A stretch of DNA of 64,000 bases from IMG/VR virus record IMGVR_UViG_3300028103_000009, one strand, 5' to 3'. The stretch is from a virus. A model generated the notes under the pieces. The model was not told the DNA's origin. It searched no databases and was given only the letters and a program-made list of their open reading frames with translations. The position numbers and the translations under genes were made by a program. This document shows positions 28,736 to 37,645 of this stretch, one piece after another; positions within the stretch are counted from its first letter, which is position 1, and each line of letters opens with the position of its first letter.

Positions 28736-30610
28736 ATGGATGCAAGAAACAATATAGCCACTGATTTATTCTATAAAATTAGAAGCCGTTTTACTGGGCT
28801 AAAATTAGGTTCTGAAACAGGCCAAATAACCATTAATCCTGAAGAGGCACGCTTCTTTGATTTTGATTACATGGAGGGTGAAAAGCCCATAGGGCATGTG
28901 AGCATTAGTTTGGCAGAGCCAAACAGCATGAAGGTTTACTTTAGCCATGGGATTACTGAATCCATGGATGACGGACAGAAAAACAACTGGTACGGGTTTT
29001 TGAAAGAACTTAGAATGTTCGCAAAAAGACGTTTATTGAGTTTTGACACACGAGATATCGCTAAGGACAACTTGGATCGAAGAGATTATGAATTCTTGAG
29101 TCAATACAATAAGCCCAAGCCAACTACTAACGATACAGTGACCCAACCGGTCGGAGAAAGTGTTATGAACGAAAGCAGCTTATACGGTTCTCGAACTATG
29201 AGCTATCAAAAGCTCGAAGATACGAGACTCATCATTAAACATAGTCGAGCTATTACTGACGACTTTGCACCCGGTGCAAGATCAAGAAATATTTCAGCAT
29301 TGTTTGTTGAAAATGCCGACGGTGAAAGATTCAAATATCCTTTCATCCATCTAGCAGGTGCTCGAGCTATGCAACGCCACGTCGCTAATGGCGGTTTACC
29401 ATATGATGAAATCGGTAAGTCTATTGTTAGCATGAGTGAAGAAATAGCCCAACTCAAGAGTTTCCAAAACTATGTGGTCCGTAACGATCTAATGAATAGC
29501 GAGACTAACTCAGTAGTAGAAAGAAGCACACAGGCTTTAGAAAGACTACGTGAACAAATCAAAAATCTAGGCAAGCAGAGCCACTATGAAGCATATAGAG
29601 AATCATTCCAAGCACAGCAACCCTTAGAAGTACCACAAGAGGTAGTAGAAGACTTTACAGAAATGTTTACTGTAAGGAATTTTAAAGAAGATATCGCAAG
29701 CGTATTTCCTGTATTATATAGGCTAATGAAAGAAAATGGAGTAGGCTACAGCGACATAGTCGGTATGACAACAAACGAAATAGAAGAAAACGAAGACTTA
29801 GATATTATAGCCAACGAAGATCCATTTGAAAAGTTTGAATCTTGGGTAATGGCATTGGGCGAAGAGTCAGCTATTACTAGTCAAGATCCTGAAGAACAAC
29901 AGGCAGCAGTGCAACAACTTCAAGAACTAGTCGGTGAACATTTCCCAGCAGGTGTTGATGGTAGTAATGCTATCGAAAGCCTAAAAGGCATAATCGAAGA
30001 TCCAGAACTATTCAAGAGAATCAAAGAACTTGCGGCCAATGACCCAGATGCATGTTGCAGAGGTTTAGTGAAAGATTGGTTAGAACTAAATGCTCCAGAA
30101 GTATTAGAGCAACTAGACTTCGGTGACTACACTGAAGAACCAGCAGCAGGTGAAGAACCAGCAGCAGCTGAGCCAGCAGCAGCTGAGCCAGCGGCGGCAG
30201 CACCAGAAGAAGTACCTGCCGAAGGAAGTGATCCTAATCATCCAGAATATGATAAGAAAGATGACTATGATCTTCCACCTTCAGCACGTGGCAAAGGCAC
30301 AGGCGACTACAAGCTACCAGATTATAAGAAACACGATGACCGTCATGCTAGAGATTTCCGTAAGCGCAGCGGCAATGAATCTATTGATGTAAAAGAAATA
30401 GCAGAGTTCGTACACAGCTTTTATGATCGAAATACAGGCACATTCCCTAAAGGGCCAGAAGGTGTAGCAGTTATGGTAGGCAAGAAGTTCGGTGAACAGG
30501 CAGAACAGGTAGCTCGTAAATTTGTAGAAAGAATGGCTCCAAACCAAACAACAGAGCAGAATCCAGAACTACAAGAACTAGCAAGAATCAGAGAACTAGC
30601 AGGCATGTAA
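28736..30610 (+). CDS. Large acidic hypothetical virion-associated protein
   Basis: ATG 5 nt after TAAATA; EPAA repeats; C-terminal ELARIRELAGM. Confidence 0.6.
   Translation: MDARNNIATDLFYKIRSRFTGLKLGSETGQITINPEEARFFDFDYMEGEKPIGHVSISLAEPNSMKVYFSHGITESMDDGQKNNWYGFLKELRMFAKRRLLSFDTRDIAKDNLDRRDYEFLSQYNKPKPTTNDTVTQPVGESVMNESSLYGSRTMSYQKLEDTRLIIKHSRAITDDFAPGARSRNISALFVENADGERFKYPFIHLAGARAMQRHVANGGLPYDEIGKSIVSMSEEIAQLKSFQNYVVRNDLMNSETNSVVERSTQALERLREQIKNLGKQSHYEAYRESFQAQQPLEVPQEVVEDFTEMFTVRNFKEDIASVFPVLYRLMKENGVGYSDIVGMTTNEIEENEDLDIIANEDPFEKFESWVMALGEESAITSQDPEEQQAAVQQLQELVGEHFPAGVDGSNAIESLKGIIEDPELFKRIKELAANDPDACCRGLVKDWLELNAPEVLEQLDFGDYTEEPAAGEEPAAAEPAAAEPAAAAPEEVPAEGSDPNHPEYDKKDDYDLPPSARGKGTGDYKLPDYKKHDDRHARDFRKRSGNESIDVKEIAEFVHSFYDRNTGTFPKGPEGVAVMVGKKFGEQAEQVARKFVERMAPNQTTEQNPELQELARIRELAGM
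30134..30210 (+). repeat. Coding tandem repeat (EEPAAG/AEPAAA linker)
   Basis: gaagaaccagcagcag and gctgagccagc units. Confidence 0.7.
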
Positions 30611-30633
30611 AGATTGTTCGTAGCAGTTAGATC

Positions 30634-30658
30634 GGGCACTTCGGTGCCCTTTCTTTTT
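30634..30658 (+). terminator. Rho-independent terminator
   Basis: gggcac-ttcg-gtgccc followed by tttcttttt. Confidence 0.9.
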
Positions 30659-30671
30659 GGCTATCTTTATC

Positions 30672-30718
30672 TAAACTATCTTGTCAACTTAGAGTCATAC
30701 TAGTGCGTTAAATTAATA
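30672..30718 (+). promoter_or_regulatory. Putative ECF-sigma-type promoter
   Basis: TGTCAACT-N15-GCGTTA; recurs with identical spacing at 30989-31017. Confidence 0.5.
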
Positions 30719-30758
30719 CACAGAGGAAATCTGTGATAACCTTAAAAAGGAAAATACT

Positions 30759-30932
30759 ATGAAACTAGTTGCAACTTTAATCGCATCTCTATTTGCTGTA
30801 TCAGCATTTGCCGCAGATGCACCGAAGAAAGATGAAAAGAAAGCAGCCGCAGAAGCTCCAAAGGCCGCAGCATCAGCTGCTAAAGATGCTAAGGCTGCTC
30901 CAGCACCTGCCAAGCCAGCTGAAAAGAAGTAA
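30759..30932 (+). CDS. Small secreted Ala/Lys-rich protein (57 aa; absent from ORF track)
   Basis: MKLVATLIASLFAVSAFA|ADAPKKDEKKAAAEAPKAAASAAKDAKAAPAPAKPAEKK; signal peptide, AAGGA RBS, own terminator. Confidence 0.8.
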   Translation: MKLVATLIASLFAVSAFAADAPKKDEKKAAAEAPKAAASAAKDAKAAPAPAKPAEKK

Positions 30933-30949
30933 TCGGCTAAATACCGAAC

Positions 30950-30977
30950 AAAGGGCTCACCTGAGCCCTTTCTTTTT
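30950..30977 (+). terminator. Rho-independent terminator
   Basis: aaagggctc-acct-gagcccttt followed by cttttt. Confidence 0.8.
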
Positions 30978-30979
30978 GG

Positions 30980-31025
30980 TAAACTTTTTGTCTACTAAAA
31001 TCACGCCTAAGGCGTTATATTAATA
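30980..31025 (+). promoter_or_regulatory. Putative ECF-sigma-type promoter (second copy)
   Basis: TGTCTACT-N15-GCGTTATATTAATA. Confidence 0.5.
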
Positions 31026-31040
31026 TGAAGGAGAACAAAG

Positions 31041-31340
31041 ATGAAAAAGTTCTTATTCGCTACATTGATAACATTAACTGCTTTTAGCTCACAGGCACAA
31101 GCAGACGGTTGGAGACATCGAGGTGGTCATCACCACGGTGGCGGCTATGGATGGGTAGCACCATTAGTTATTGGTGGTGCTGTAGGTTATGCACTTTCGC
31201 AGCCAAGATATGTAAGCCCGCCTCCGAGCGTGGTATACGTAACTCCTCCGCCTACATATAATCCACCGTATGGTTATCATTGGGAGAGTGTTCTAGACGG
31301 CAACTGTAACTGTTACAGAAACGTTCTAGTTCCAAACTAA
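31041..31340 (+). CDS. Small secreted Gly/His/Pro-rich protein
   Basis: Signal peptide ending AQA, GGHHHGGG, glycine-zipper-like stretch; AAGGAG RBS. Confidence 0.75.
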   Translation: MKKFLFATLITLTAFSSQAQADGWRHRGGHHHGGGYGWVAPLVIGGAVGYALSQPRYVSPPPSVVYVTPPPTYNPPYGYHWESVLDGNCNCYRNVLVPN

Positions 31341-31360
31341 TATGTTAATGAGGACACGGA

Positions 31361-31771
31361 ATGAAAGGATTGACAATCGCTCTTGCGATGATGATAGGTA
31401 TTGGGACAAGCCAGGCAAGTACGACACTTACTGGGAACGTGAATCCGAATCCCGTATCTACGTCATCACTAGCAAAGATTGCGACCAAAAAAGATCCGGT
31501 CCTTGCAAAATCGACCAGGATACCTAAACCTAAGCTGTTTAGGTCAAATCCTCACAGAGCGACCCACTTTAGTGTCGCAGAAGATCCCGATGATGATATT
31601 TTTGTGCAAGACGAAGATATATTTGTCGGTTATCGTCGAGAAGATATTAGCAAACCAAAGGCACCATCTACCCCCGATGATCCGGAAGGTATCATCACTG
31701 AAGACATCCGTTGGCGGCTGTTCTTGGCTCGTACAGCAGCCATGATCCGCTATCACCAAATACACGGATAG
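31361..31771 (+). CDS. Hypothetical secreted protein
   Basis: N-terminal signal peptide (..TSQA); GAGGA RBS. Confidence 0.55.
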   Translation: MKGLTIALAMMIGIGTSQASTTLTGNVNPNPVSTSSLAKIATKKDPVLAKSTRIPKPKLFRSNPHRATHFSVAEDPDDDIFVQDEDIFVGYRREDISKPKAPSTPDDPEGIITEDIRWRLFLARTAAMIRYHQIHG

Positions 31772-31797
31772 TTTGGTGAAAAAATCTAAAAAAACTA

Positions 31798-31879
31798 TTG
31801 ACCTTGCTAAATAAAGTACGCATAATACAAATATGCGTAAGGCATACATTTTAAGGCAAAACATAGGAGGCATATTAAA
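31798..31879 (+). promoter_or_regulatory. gp32 control region: stacked sigma70 and late promoters, 8-bp palindrome, AGGCA repeats
   Basis: TTGACC-17-CATAAT with TAAATA inside the spacer; tacgcata-N7-tatgcgta; AGGCA three times. Confidence 0.65.
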
Positions 31880-32854
31880 ATGGCTACACTAGCAGAAATC
31901 CGTGCGAAACTTCAAGAAGCACAATCAAAGTCCACAGGACAATCATCAGGCGGCGACAACGCCATTTACCCACACTGGAACATGCAAGAAGGAAAGGAAG
32001 CAGTAATCCGTTTCCTACCAGATGGCAATCCCAACAACACGTTTTTCTGGGTAGAACGTGCAATGATCAAACTACCTTTCGCTGGCGTTAAAGGCGAAAC
32101 AGATTCCAAACAAGTACAGGTGCAGGTACCCTGCGTTGAAATGTACAATGACGGTTCTGTTTGCCCGATTCTCAGCGAAGTGCGTGGTTGGTTCAAAGAC
32201 AAGAGCCTAGAGGAAATGGGTCGTAAGTATTGGAAGAAGCGTTCATACATCTTCCAAGGGTTTATTGTCGAAGATCCTCTTAAAGAAGAAAAGACACCAG
32301 AAAATCCAATCCGTAGATTTATCATTGGTCCTCAAATCTATCAAATCATCCGTAGTGCTTTGATGGATCCAGAGTTGGATGAGTTGCCAACTGATTATCT
32401 CAAGGGTCTAGATTTCCGTATCGCCAAGACATCAAAAGGTGGGTTCGCAGACTACTCTACATCAAAGTGGAGCCGTCGTGAGCGTTCACTGACTGAAGTT
32501 GAAGCGGCAGCGATCGAAGCACATGGATTGTTCAATCTTTCCGACTTCCTACCTAAGAAGCCAACCGATGTTGAGCTCAAGGTAATGAAGGAAATGTTTG
32601 AAGCATCTGTCGATGGTGAGCCATATGATATGGACCGTTGGGGTCAATACTTCAAACCAGCAGGTATGGGAGCAGCCACTGGCGATCCTAACAAGCCTGC
32701 AGCCAGCGCACCTGTAGATGATGCAGATGATGAACCAGCACCAGTAGCAAAGGCAGCTCCTGCTCCAAAGGCAGAAGCACCAGCATCAAATGGTGATGGT
32801 AATAGTCGTGCCCAAGATATCTTGGCCATGATTCGCAATCGTCAAAAGCAGTAA
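31880..32854 (+). CDS. gp32: Single-stranded DNA-binding protein (T4 gp32-like)
   Basis: AVIRFLP, CPIL, YWKKRSY, GLDFRIAK, ADYSTSKW; precedes UvsX. Confidence 0.85.
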   Translation: MATLAEIRAKLQEAQSKSTGQSSGGDNAIYPHWNMQEGKEAVIRFLPDGNPNNTFFWVERAMIKLPFAGVKGETDSKQVQVQVPCVEMYNDGSVCPILSEVRGWFKDKSLEEMGRKYWKKRSYIFQGFIVEDPLKEEKTPENPIRRFIIGPQIYQIIRSALMDPELDELPTDYLKGLDFRIAKTSKGGFADYSTSKWSRRERSLTEVEAAAIEAHGLFNLSDFLPKKPTDVELKVMKEMFEASVDGEPYDMDRWGQYFKPAGMGAATGDPNKPAASAPVDDADDEPAPVAKAAPAPKAEAPASNGDGNSRAQDILAMIRNRQKQ

Positions 32855-32910
32855 GACTTATATAGAGTGTGAGGTACCTCCTCACACTCTCTTCATTACA
32901 GGGAAATAAA

Positions 32911-33102
32911 ATGGCAAAACTAGATAAACTATCAAAAGTAAATGAATCAATCACGCTCAATCGTTATGACAACGGTTGGATGGTCGAAATCGGCGGTCGC
33001 GATAAGAAAGAAGATTGGAAGACCACTAAGACTATGTGTAACACTGAAGATGAACTAATCTCAGTCATTAAAGAGTGGAACACTAAAGATTTGGATAACT
33101 GA
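32911..33102 (+). CDS. Small hypothetical protein
   Basis: ATG 32911 (MAKLDKLSKV..) with AGGGA RBS. Confidence 0.6.
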   Translation: MAKLDKLSKVNESITLNRYDNGWMVEIGGRDKKEDWKTTKTMCNTEDELISVIKEWNTKDLDN

Positions 33103-33104
33103 TT

Positions 33105-34184
33105 ATGGCAACTAAACCGTTCGATATAAGCAAGTTTAGAAAATCTATTACAAAGAATATTGAAGGTCTTAGTATAGGTTTTAACGATCCTACAGATTGG
33201 GTTGGCACAGGTAACTATGCATTAAACTATCTAATCAGTGGCGATTTCCACAAAGGAGTTCCGCTAGGCAAAGTTACAGTATTTGCAGGCGAGTCTGGAG
33301 CAGGTAAATCATATATCTGTTCAGGTAACTTGATCAAAGCGGCACAAGCACAAGGCATTTATGTTATCTTGGTTGATACAGAAAATGCTCTAGACGAAGA
33401 TTGGCTAAAGGCACTAGGTGTCGACACTAGCGATGAAAAGTTGTTGAAACTTAATATGGCTATGATCGACGATGTAGCAAAGACTATCACAGAGTTTGTT
33501 GCAGAATATAAAGCTATGCCTGAAGACAGTCGTCCTAAGGTACTTTTTGTGCTTGACTCATTAGGTATGTTGTTGACTCCAACGGATGTTAACCAGTTCG
33601 AAGCAGGTGATTTGAAAGGTGATATGGGTCGTAAGCCCAAGGCATTGACAGCACTTGTGCGAAACTGTGTTAATATGTTTGGTAGTCTAAACATTGGCCT
33701 AGTAGCTACAAACCATACCTATGCAAGCCAAGATATGTTTGATCCAGACGATAAGATTAGTGGTGGCCAAGGTTTTATCTATGCATCAAGTATCGTTGTT
33801 GCTATGAAAAAACTCAAACTAAAAGAAGATGACGATGGCAATAAGATCTCAGAAGTACGTGGTATCCGTGCTGCCTGCAAGATCATGAAAACTCGTTATG
33901 CAAAGCCTTTTGAAAGTGTACAAGTAAAGATTCCTTATGAGACAGGTATGAATCCATATAGTGGACTGGTCGACTTGTTTGAAGCTAAAGGGATGCTTAA
34001 GAAAGAAGGAAATAGTCTTGTATATGTAACTGCTGATGGTGAGATCATCAAACAGTTTCGTAAGGCATGGGAACGCAACGAAAACAATGGACTAGATAGG
34101 ATGATGGAAGACATTTCAAAACATGGCGAAAAATCCGATTCAGAGATAACTACTACAGTTGAACCTGAAACGGAGGCCAGTTAA
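33105..34184 (+). CDS. uvsX: UvsX/RecA-like recombinase
   Basis: AGESGAGKS, VDTENA, LDSLG, DMGRK, SGGQGFIYASS. Confidence 0.95.
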   Translation: MATKPFDISKFRKSITKNIEGLSIGFNDPTDWVGTGNYALNYLISGDFHKGVPLGKVTVFAGESGAGKSYICSGNLIKAAQAQGIYVILVDTENALDEDWLKALGVDTSDEKLLKLNMAMIDDVAKTITEFVAEYKAMPEDSRPKVLFVLDSLGMLLTPTDVNQFEAGDLKGDMGRKPKALTALVRNCVNMFGSLNIGLVATNHTYASQDMFDPDDKISGGQGFIYASSIVVAMKKLKLKEDDDGNKISEVRGIRAACKIMKTRYAKPFESVQVKIPYETGMNPYSGLVDLFEAKGMLKKEGNSLVYVTADGEIIKQFRKAWERNENNGLDRMMEDISKHGEKSDSEITTTVEPETEAS

Positions 34185-34423
34185 TGAAGGAAGACCTAAT
34201 CGCCGATCTGTGGAGCGTCATTGTTGACCACATTCCCGATAAGCAGAAAAAAACCGTAGCTGAAGACTTTGTTAGTACACTAGTCGATCATGGCATTAAA
34301 GAAAGCGTTCTAGATCGGTTGATGGGTATTGACCCATACCTCGACGATGCTATCGAATATGCCACTGACGGTGAACAATATCACGAAGAAGACGACTACG
34401 ATAGATACGAAGACGAGGATTAA
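34184..34423 (+). CDS. Acidic hypothetical protein
   Basis: ORF coupled to uvsX; GGAGG RBS. Confidence 0.65.
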   Translation: MKEDLIADLWSVIVDHIPDKQKKTVAEDFVSTLVDHGIKESVLDRLMGIDPYLDDAIEYATDGEQYHEEDDYDRYEDED

Positions 34424-34878
34424 TGAACTGGTACGATCGAGTTTCAAAAGATATTTCTAATATTCCAGACGCCGTGGCATATTATGAAGCCGAGTTATTG
34501 GCAGCAAAGACTGACGCTCGCATAGCGGGAAACCTTGAACGAGCTGCTGCTAATATGCCTGGTATTGTGGAAAATCGTTTCAATCAACTACAAGAGATCG
34601 AAGCGATTTTAGAATATCTAAACATTGAACTACGTCGTTTACGCAGTCAGCATTTCCGTAAATATCTTGAAAACTATCAACGCAGCCTATCCTCTAGAGA
34701 CTGTGAAAAGTTTGTAGAGGGTGAGTCTGATGTCGTTGACTTTGAAAAAATCATCAATGATTTCGCCTTGCTAAGAAACAAATGGCTGGGCGTTATCAAA
34801 GCCTTAGATATCAAGCAGTGGCAGATATCTAACATCGTGAAGCTACGTACTGCTGGACTTGAAGATGCAACACTATGA
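34423..34878 (+). CDS. uvsY: UvsY-like recombination mediator
   Basis: Helical ~150 aa, KALDIKQWQISNIVKLR.AG C-terminus; uvsX operon. Confidence 0.7.
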   Translation: MNWYDRVSKDISNIPDAVAYYEAELLAAKTDARIAGNLERAAANMPGIVENRFNQLQEIEAILEYLNIELRRLRSQHFRKYLENYQRSLSSRDCEKFVEGESDVVDFEKIINDFALLRNKWLGVIKALDIKQWQISNIVKLRTAGLEDATL

Positions 34879-35558
34879 AAATAGTATTAACTGGGCATCT
34901 TGGCTTTGTTGGCGGTAATCTTAAGCCCTATTTAGAACAAAAAGGACATACTGTCATTGGCCTCGATATCAAAGAAGGCCAAGACATCCTTACTTGTGAT
35001 CTTCCTGAGTGTGACGCAGTTATTCATCTAGCTGCAAAAACAGGCGTTCGGGCTAGTCTAGACTCGCCACACGAGTACTGGAAAGTAAATGTAGACGGTA
35101 CTAGACGAGTTTTACTGCACTACAGCAATAAGAGGGTCTTAGTTGCAAGCTCTAGCAGCCAATATGAACCTCATTTGAATCCCTATGCTGCTACTAAGCA
35201 TGTCATGGAAAAGATTCCACACGATAATGTTTGCTGGATGAGATTCCATACCGTCTACGGTGCAGACACTGGGCGAGATATGTTTTTTGATAGACTTAGA
35301 AATGGAACACTAGAGTATGTCACGGATCATGAACGTGACTTTGTACACGTTGACGATGTCTGTGAAGCTGTCAATATTTTATTAAACAATGATTTTACAG
35401 GACCAGTTGATATAGGTACTGGCATTTCCATAAAGATCTCTGATATATGTACTACACTACCAGTTAGAACATATAATCCACACGAAAGAAAACGTACCTG
35501 TGCAGATATGCACATTATGAATAGTTTTGGTTTTAGACCGAGATTTTTTCTTTTGTGA
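34875..35558 (+). CDS. NAD-dependent epimerase/dehydratase (short)
   Basis: TGHLGFVG, HLAA, YAATK, RDFVHVDD. Confidence 0.9.
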   Translation: MKIVLTGHLGFVGGNLKPYLEQKGHTVIGLDIKEGQDILTCDLPECDAVIHLAAKTGVRASLDSPHEYWKVNVDGTRRVLLHYSNKRVLVASSSSQYEPHLNPYAATKHVMEKIPHDNVCWMRFHTVYGADTGRDMFFDRLRNGTLEYVTDHERDFVHVDDVCEAVNILLNNDFTGPVDIGTGISIKISDICTTLPVRTYNPHERKRTCADMHIMNSFGFRPRFFLL

Positions 35559-36207
35559 CACCCACATGGTGCAGTAAGTATGGCTCTACCTCTGTATCGT
35601 AAAAATCTACATGAGCCTTTCCTTTAATAACTTTTCCTAAGAATAAGTTTCTGTACTGATACTTTTTGTTTAGTATCTCTAGTATATGAGCATCACCGGG
35701 ATGTTTCGATTCTAGTATCATGTCATTATACCAAGCATCTGAATATTCTCGAACAAACTGTTTGTAATCTGCATGTTTGGTATTAAAGCAAACGAATCCA
35801 GAATCAAGTCCTTCTGGTTTATAAATCGTCGATAGTAGTTCTGTTCTAGGTAAGAACTTTTCTATATCCATAGGTTGCAAGACTTCTACATCAGCGTCTA
35901 ACCAAATGAGGTAGTCAGCAGTTACATTTTCCAACATGTAAGAAGTGACTCTGGACTTTAGATACCATTTGATAGGTTTTCTTTTAGTTCCATATACTTC
36001 AAAATATTTTTCTGGCTGTTTAGTATTTTTTAAACAAACATCTGTAGGATGTGTTTCAAAATCAGATAAAAAGTTTTCTATAGGTTCATCTAAGAAACAA
36101 AGTTTTTTGCCAGGAAGGTTTTTCCATGTTGGGAGATATTCGTGTGCGTATTGTTTATAGATTTTTTGGTTTATAGATGTAACCCAAATGATATTATTCT
36201 GGTGCAT
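35533..36207 (-). CDS. GT-A glycosyltransferase-like protein
   Basis: YLIWLDADV DxD motif, DSGFVCFN. Confidence 0.65.
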   Translation of the reverse strand: MHQNNIIWVTSINQKIYKQYAHEYLPTWKNLPGKKLCFLDEPIENFLSDFETHPTDVCLKNTKQPEKYFEVYGTKRKPIKWYLKSRVTSYMLENVTADYLIWLDADVEVLQPMDIEKFLPRTELLSTIYKPEGLDSGFVCFNTKHADYKQFVREYSDAWYNDMILESKHPGDAHILEILNKKYQYRNLFLGKVIKGKAHVDFYDTEVEPYLLHHVGVTKEKISV

Positions 36208-36844
36208 AAACAGTATCGTGTTCCCACTTATCAATAATTTTATATTTCAGTTCGCTGACTATCCATTGTTCCATTTCAACAACTGTATACCCGTGCATTT
36301 CACAATAGTCGTTGGTTTCTAACACAATCAACGGTCTATACTTGTTGATTAAGTTTACAGCACCTTTAAGAGCAAACCATTCGAATCCTTCTAGATCTAA
36401 ATGTAATAAATCACAACCCTCTATATCTAAACTATCTAAAGAAATAAGTTTTATATTACCCTTTCCAGAAACAGTGTAGCCGCCGGTATTGTTTTTCTTT
36501 TTAGTAAGAGGTTCACCCAGGCTTATCATTGACTCTTTTTCGCCTAGAGCAAGATTATTTTTAACAACGTTATCTTGTTGTATGTTTTGATCTAAACAAT
36601 AAAAGTTTTCAGGGTGAGGTTCGAATGTATAGACTTTTTTAAACAAACTAGCATATTTGTTTGGATATAGTCCACAGTGCCCTCCGGCCTGTACAACTAT
36701 ATTGCGATTTTTTACTAGATTAGAAACATTTATAGGAAGATTATAATGATCTTCTCTAGTTAGATACCTCCATGCAACGATATCTCTTTCGGGCCAAACC
36801 CAATCTTTGTTGTCAAAGTTTCTTATGGAAGTTTTATAGTTCAT
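36194..36844 (-). CDS. FkbM-family SAM methyltransferase
   Basis: VVQAGGHCG, TFEP, LDLEGFE, PLIVLE; start revised to ATG 36844, 4 nt after TAAATA. Confidence 0.85.
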   Translation of the reverse strand: MNYKTSIRNFDNKDWVWPERDIVAWRYLTREDHYNLPINVSNLVKNRNIVVQAGGHCGLYPNKYASLFKKVYTFEPHPENFYCLDQNIQQDNVVKNNLALGEKESMISLGEPLTKKKNNTGGYTVSGKGNIKLISLDSLDIEGCDLLHLDLEGFEWFALKGAVNLINKYRPLIVLETNDYCEMHGYTVVEMEQWIVSELKYKIIDKWEHDTVYAPE

Positions 36845-36883
36845 ATGATATTTAGCACATAATCTACGCACATAAATATCTGT
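36845..36883. promoter_or_regulatory. Back-to-back late-type promoters
   Basis: TAAATA at 36849-36854 (-) and 36873-36878 (+), 4 and 5 nt from the ATGs. Confidence 0.7.
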
Positions 36884-37645
36884 ATGAAAAAGATTGTACT
36901 TATTACTGGTGGCTTCGATCCGCTCCACTCTGGCCACCTTTCATATATTAAAGAAGCCAAGAAGCTTGGAGATATTCTAGTCGTCGGTGTTAACAGCGAT
37001 GACTGGTTAACACGCAAAAAGGGCCGAGCTTTTATGCCTTACATGGAACGAGCCAACGTCGTACGAAATATTGTTGGAGTAGATTTCGTCATTGATTTTG
37101 ACGACAGTGATAACACAGCCAAACATGCAATACATATGGTTAGACAAAGTTATCCTAGTGATCAAATCATTTTTGCCAATGGCGGAGATAGAACTGATAA
37201 GAATATTCCAGAAATGGATTTCGCTGATGATAATCTATCATTTGTGTTTGGCACTGGCGGTTTTAACAAATCAAACTCAAGTAGCTGGATCTTAGAAGAA
37301 TGGAAAGCACCTAAGACCAAACGTCCGTGGGGGTACTATAGAGTTCTTCACGATGTGCCAGGAATGAAAGTCAAAGAGTTGACTGTTGAGCCGGGGCATA
37401 GCCTTAGTATGCAAAGACATAAGCATAGATCAGAATACTGGATCGTTAGCCAAGGTGCGTGTGTAGTAAACTCAAAAATGGCAGGCGGTTATGCTCTTCC
37501 TCCTACTTTGTTAAAAGAACATCTAGAATATAAAGTACCAGCAGGTGAATGGCATCAACTAACCAATCCTTACGAAGTTCCTTGTAAAATAGTAGAAATA
37601 CAATACGGCGAAAAATGCCAAGAAGAGGACATTGAAAGACAATGA
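36884..37645 (+). CDS. Cytidylyltransferase-like domain fused to a mannose-6-P-isomerase-type cupin
   Basis: TGGFDPLHSGH, VGVNSD, FANGGDR; RPWG, LSMQRHKHRSEYW, EIQYG. Confidence 0.85.
   Translation: MKKIVLITGGFDPLHSGHLSYIKEAKKLGDILVVGVNSDDWLTRKKGRAFMPYMERANVVRNIVGVDFVIDFDDSDNTAKHAIHMVRQSYPSDQIIFANGGDRTDKNIPEMDFADDNLSFVFGTGGFNKSNSSSWILEEWKAPKTKRPWGYYRVLHDVPGMKVKELTVEPGHSLSMQRHKHRSEYWIVSQGACVVNSKMAGGYALPPTLLKEHLEYKVPAGEWHQLTNPYEVPCKIVEIQYGEKCQEEDIERQ

Noticed and set aside
30713-31023. Track ORFs 30713..30913(-) and 30793..31023(+)
   Set aside because: The supported gene is the 57-aa signal-peptide ORF 30759..30932, which has an RBS and terminator
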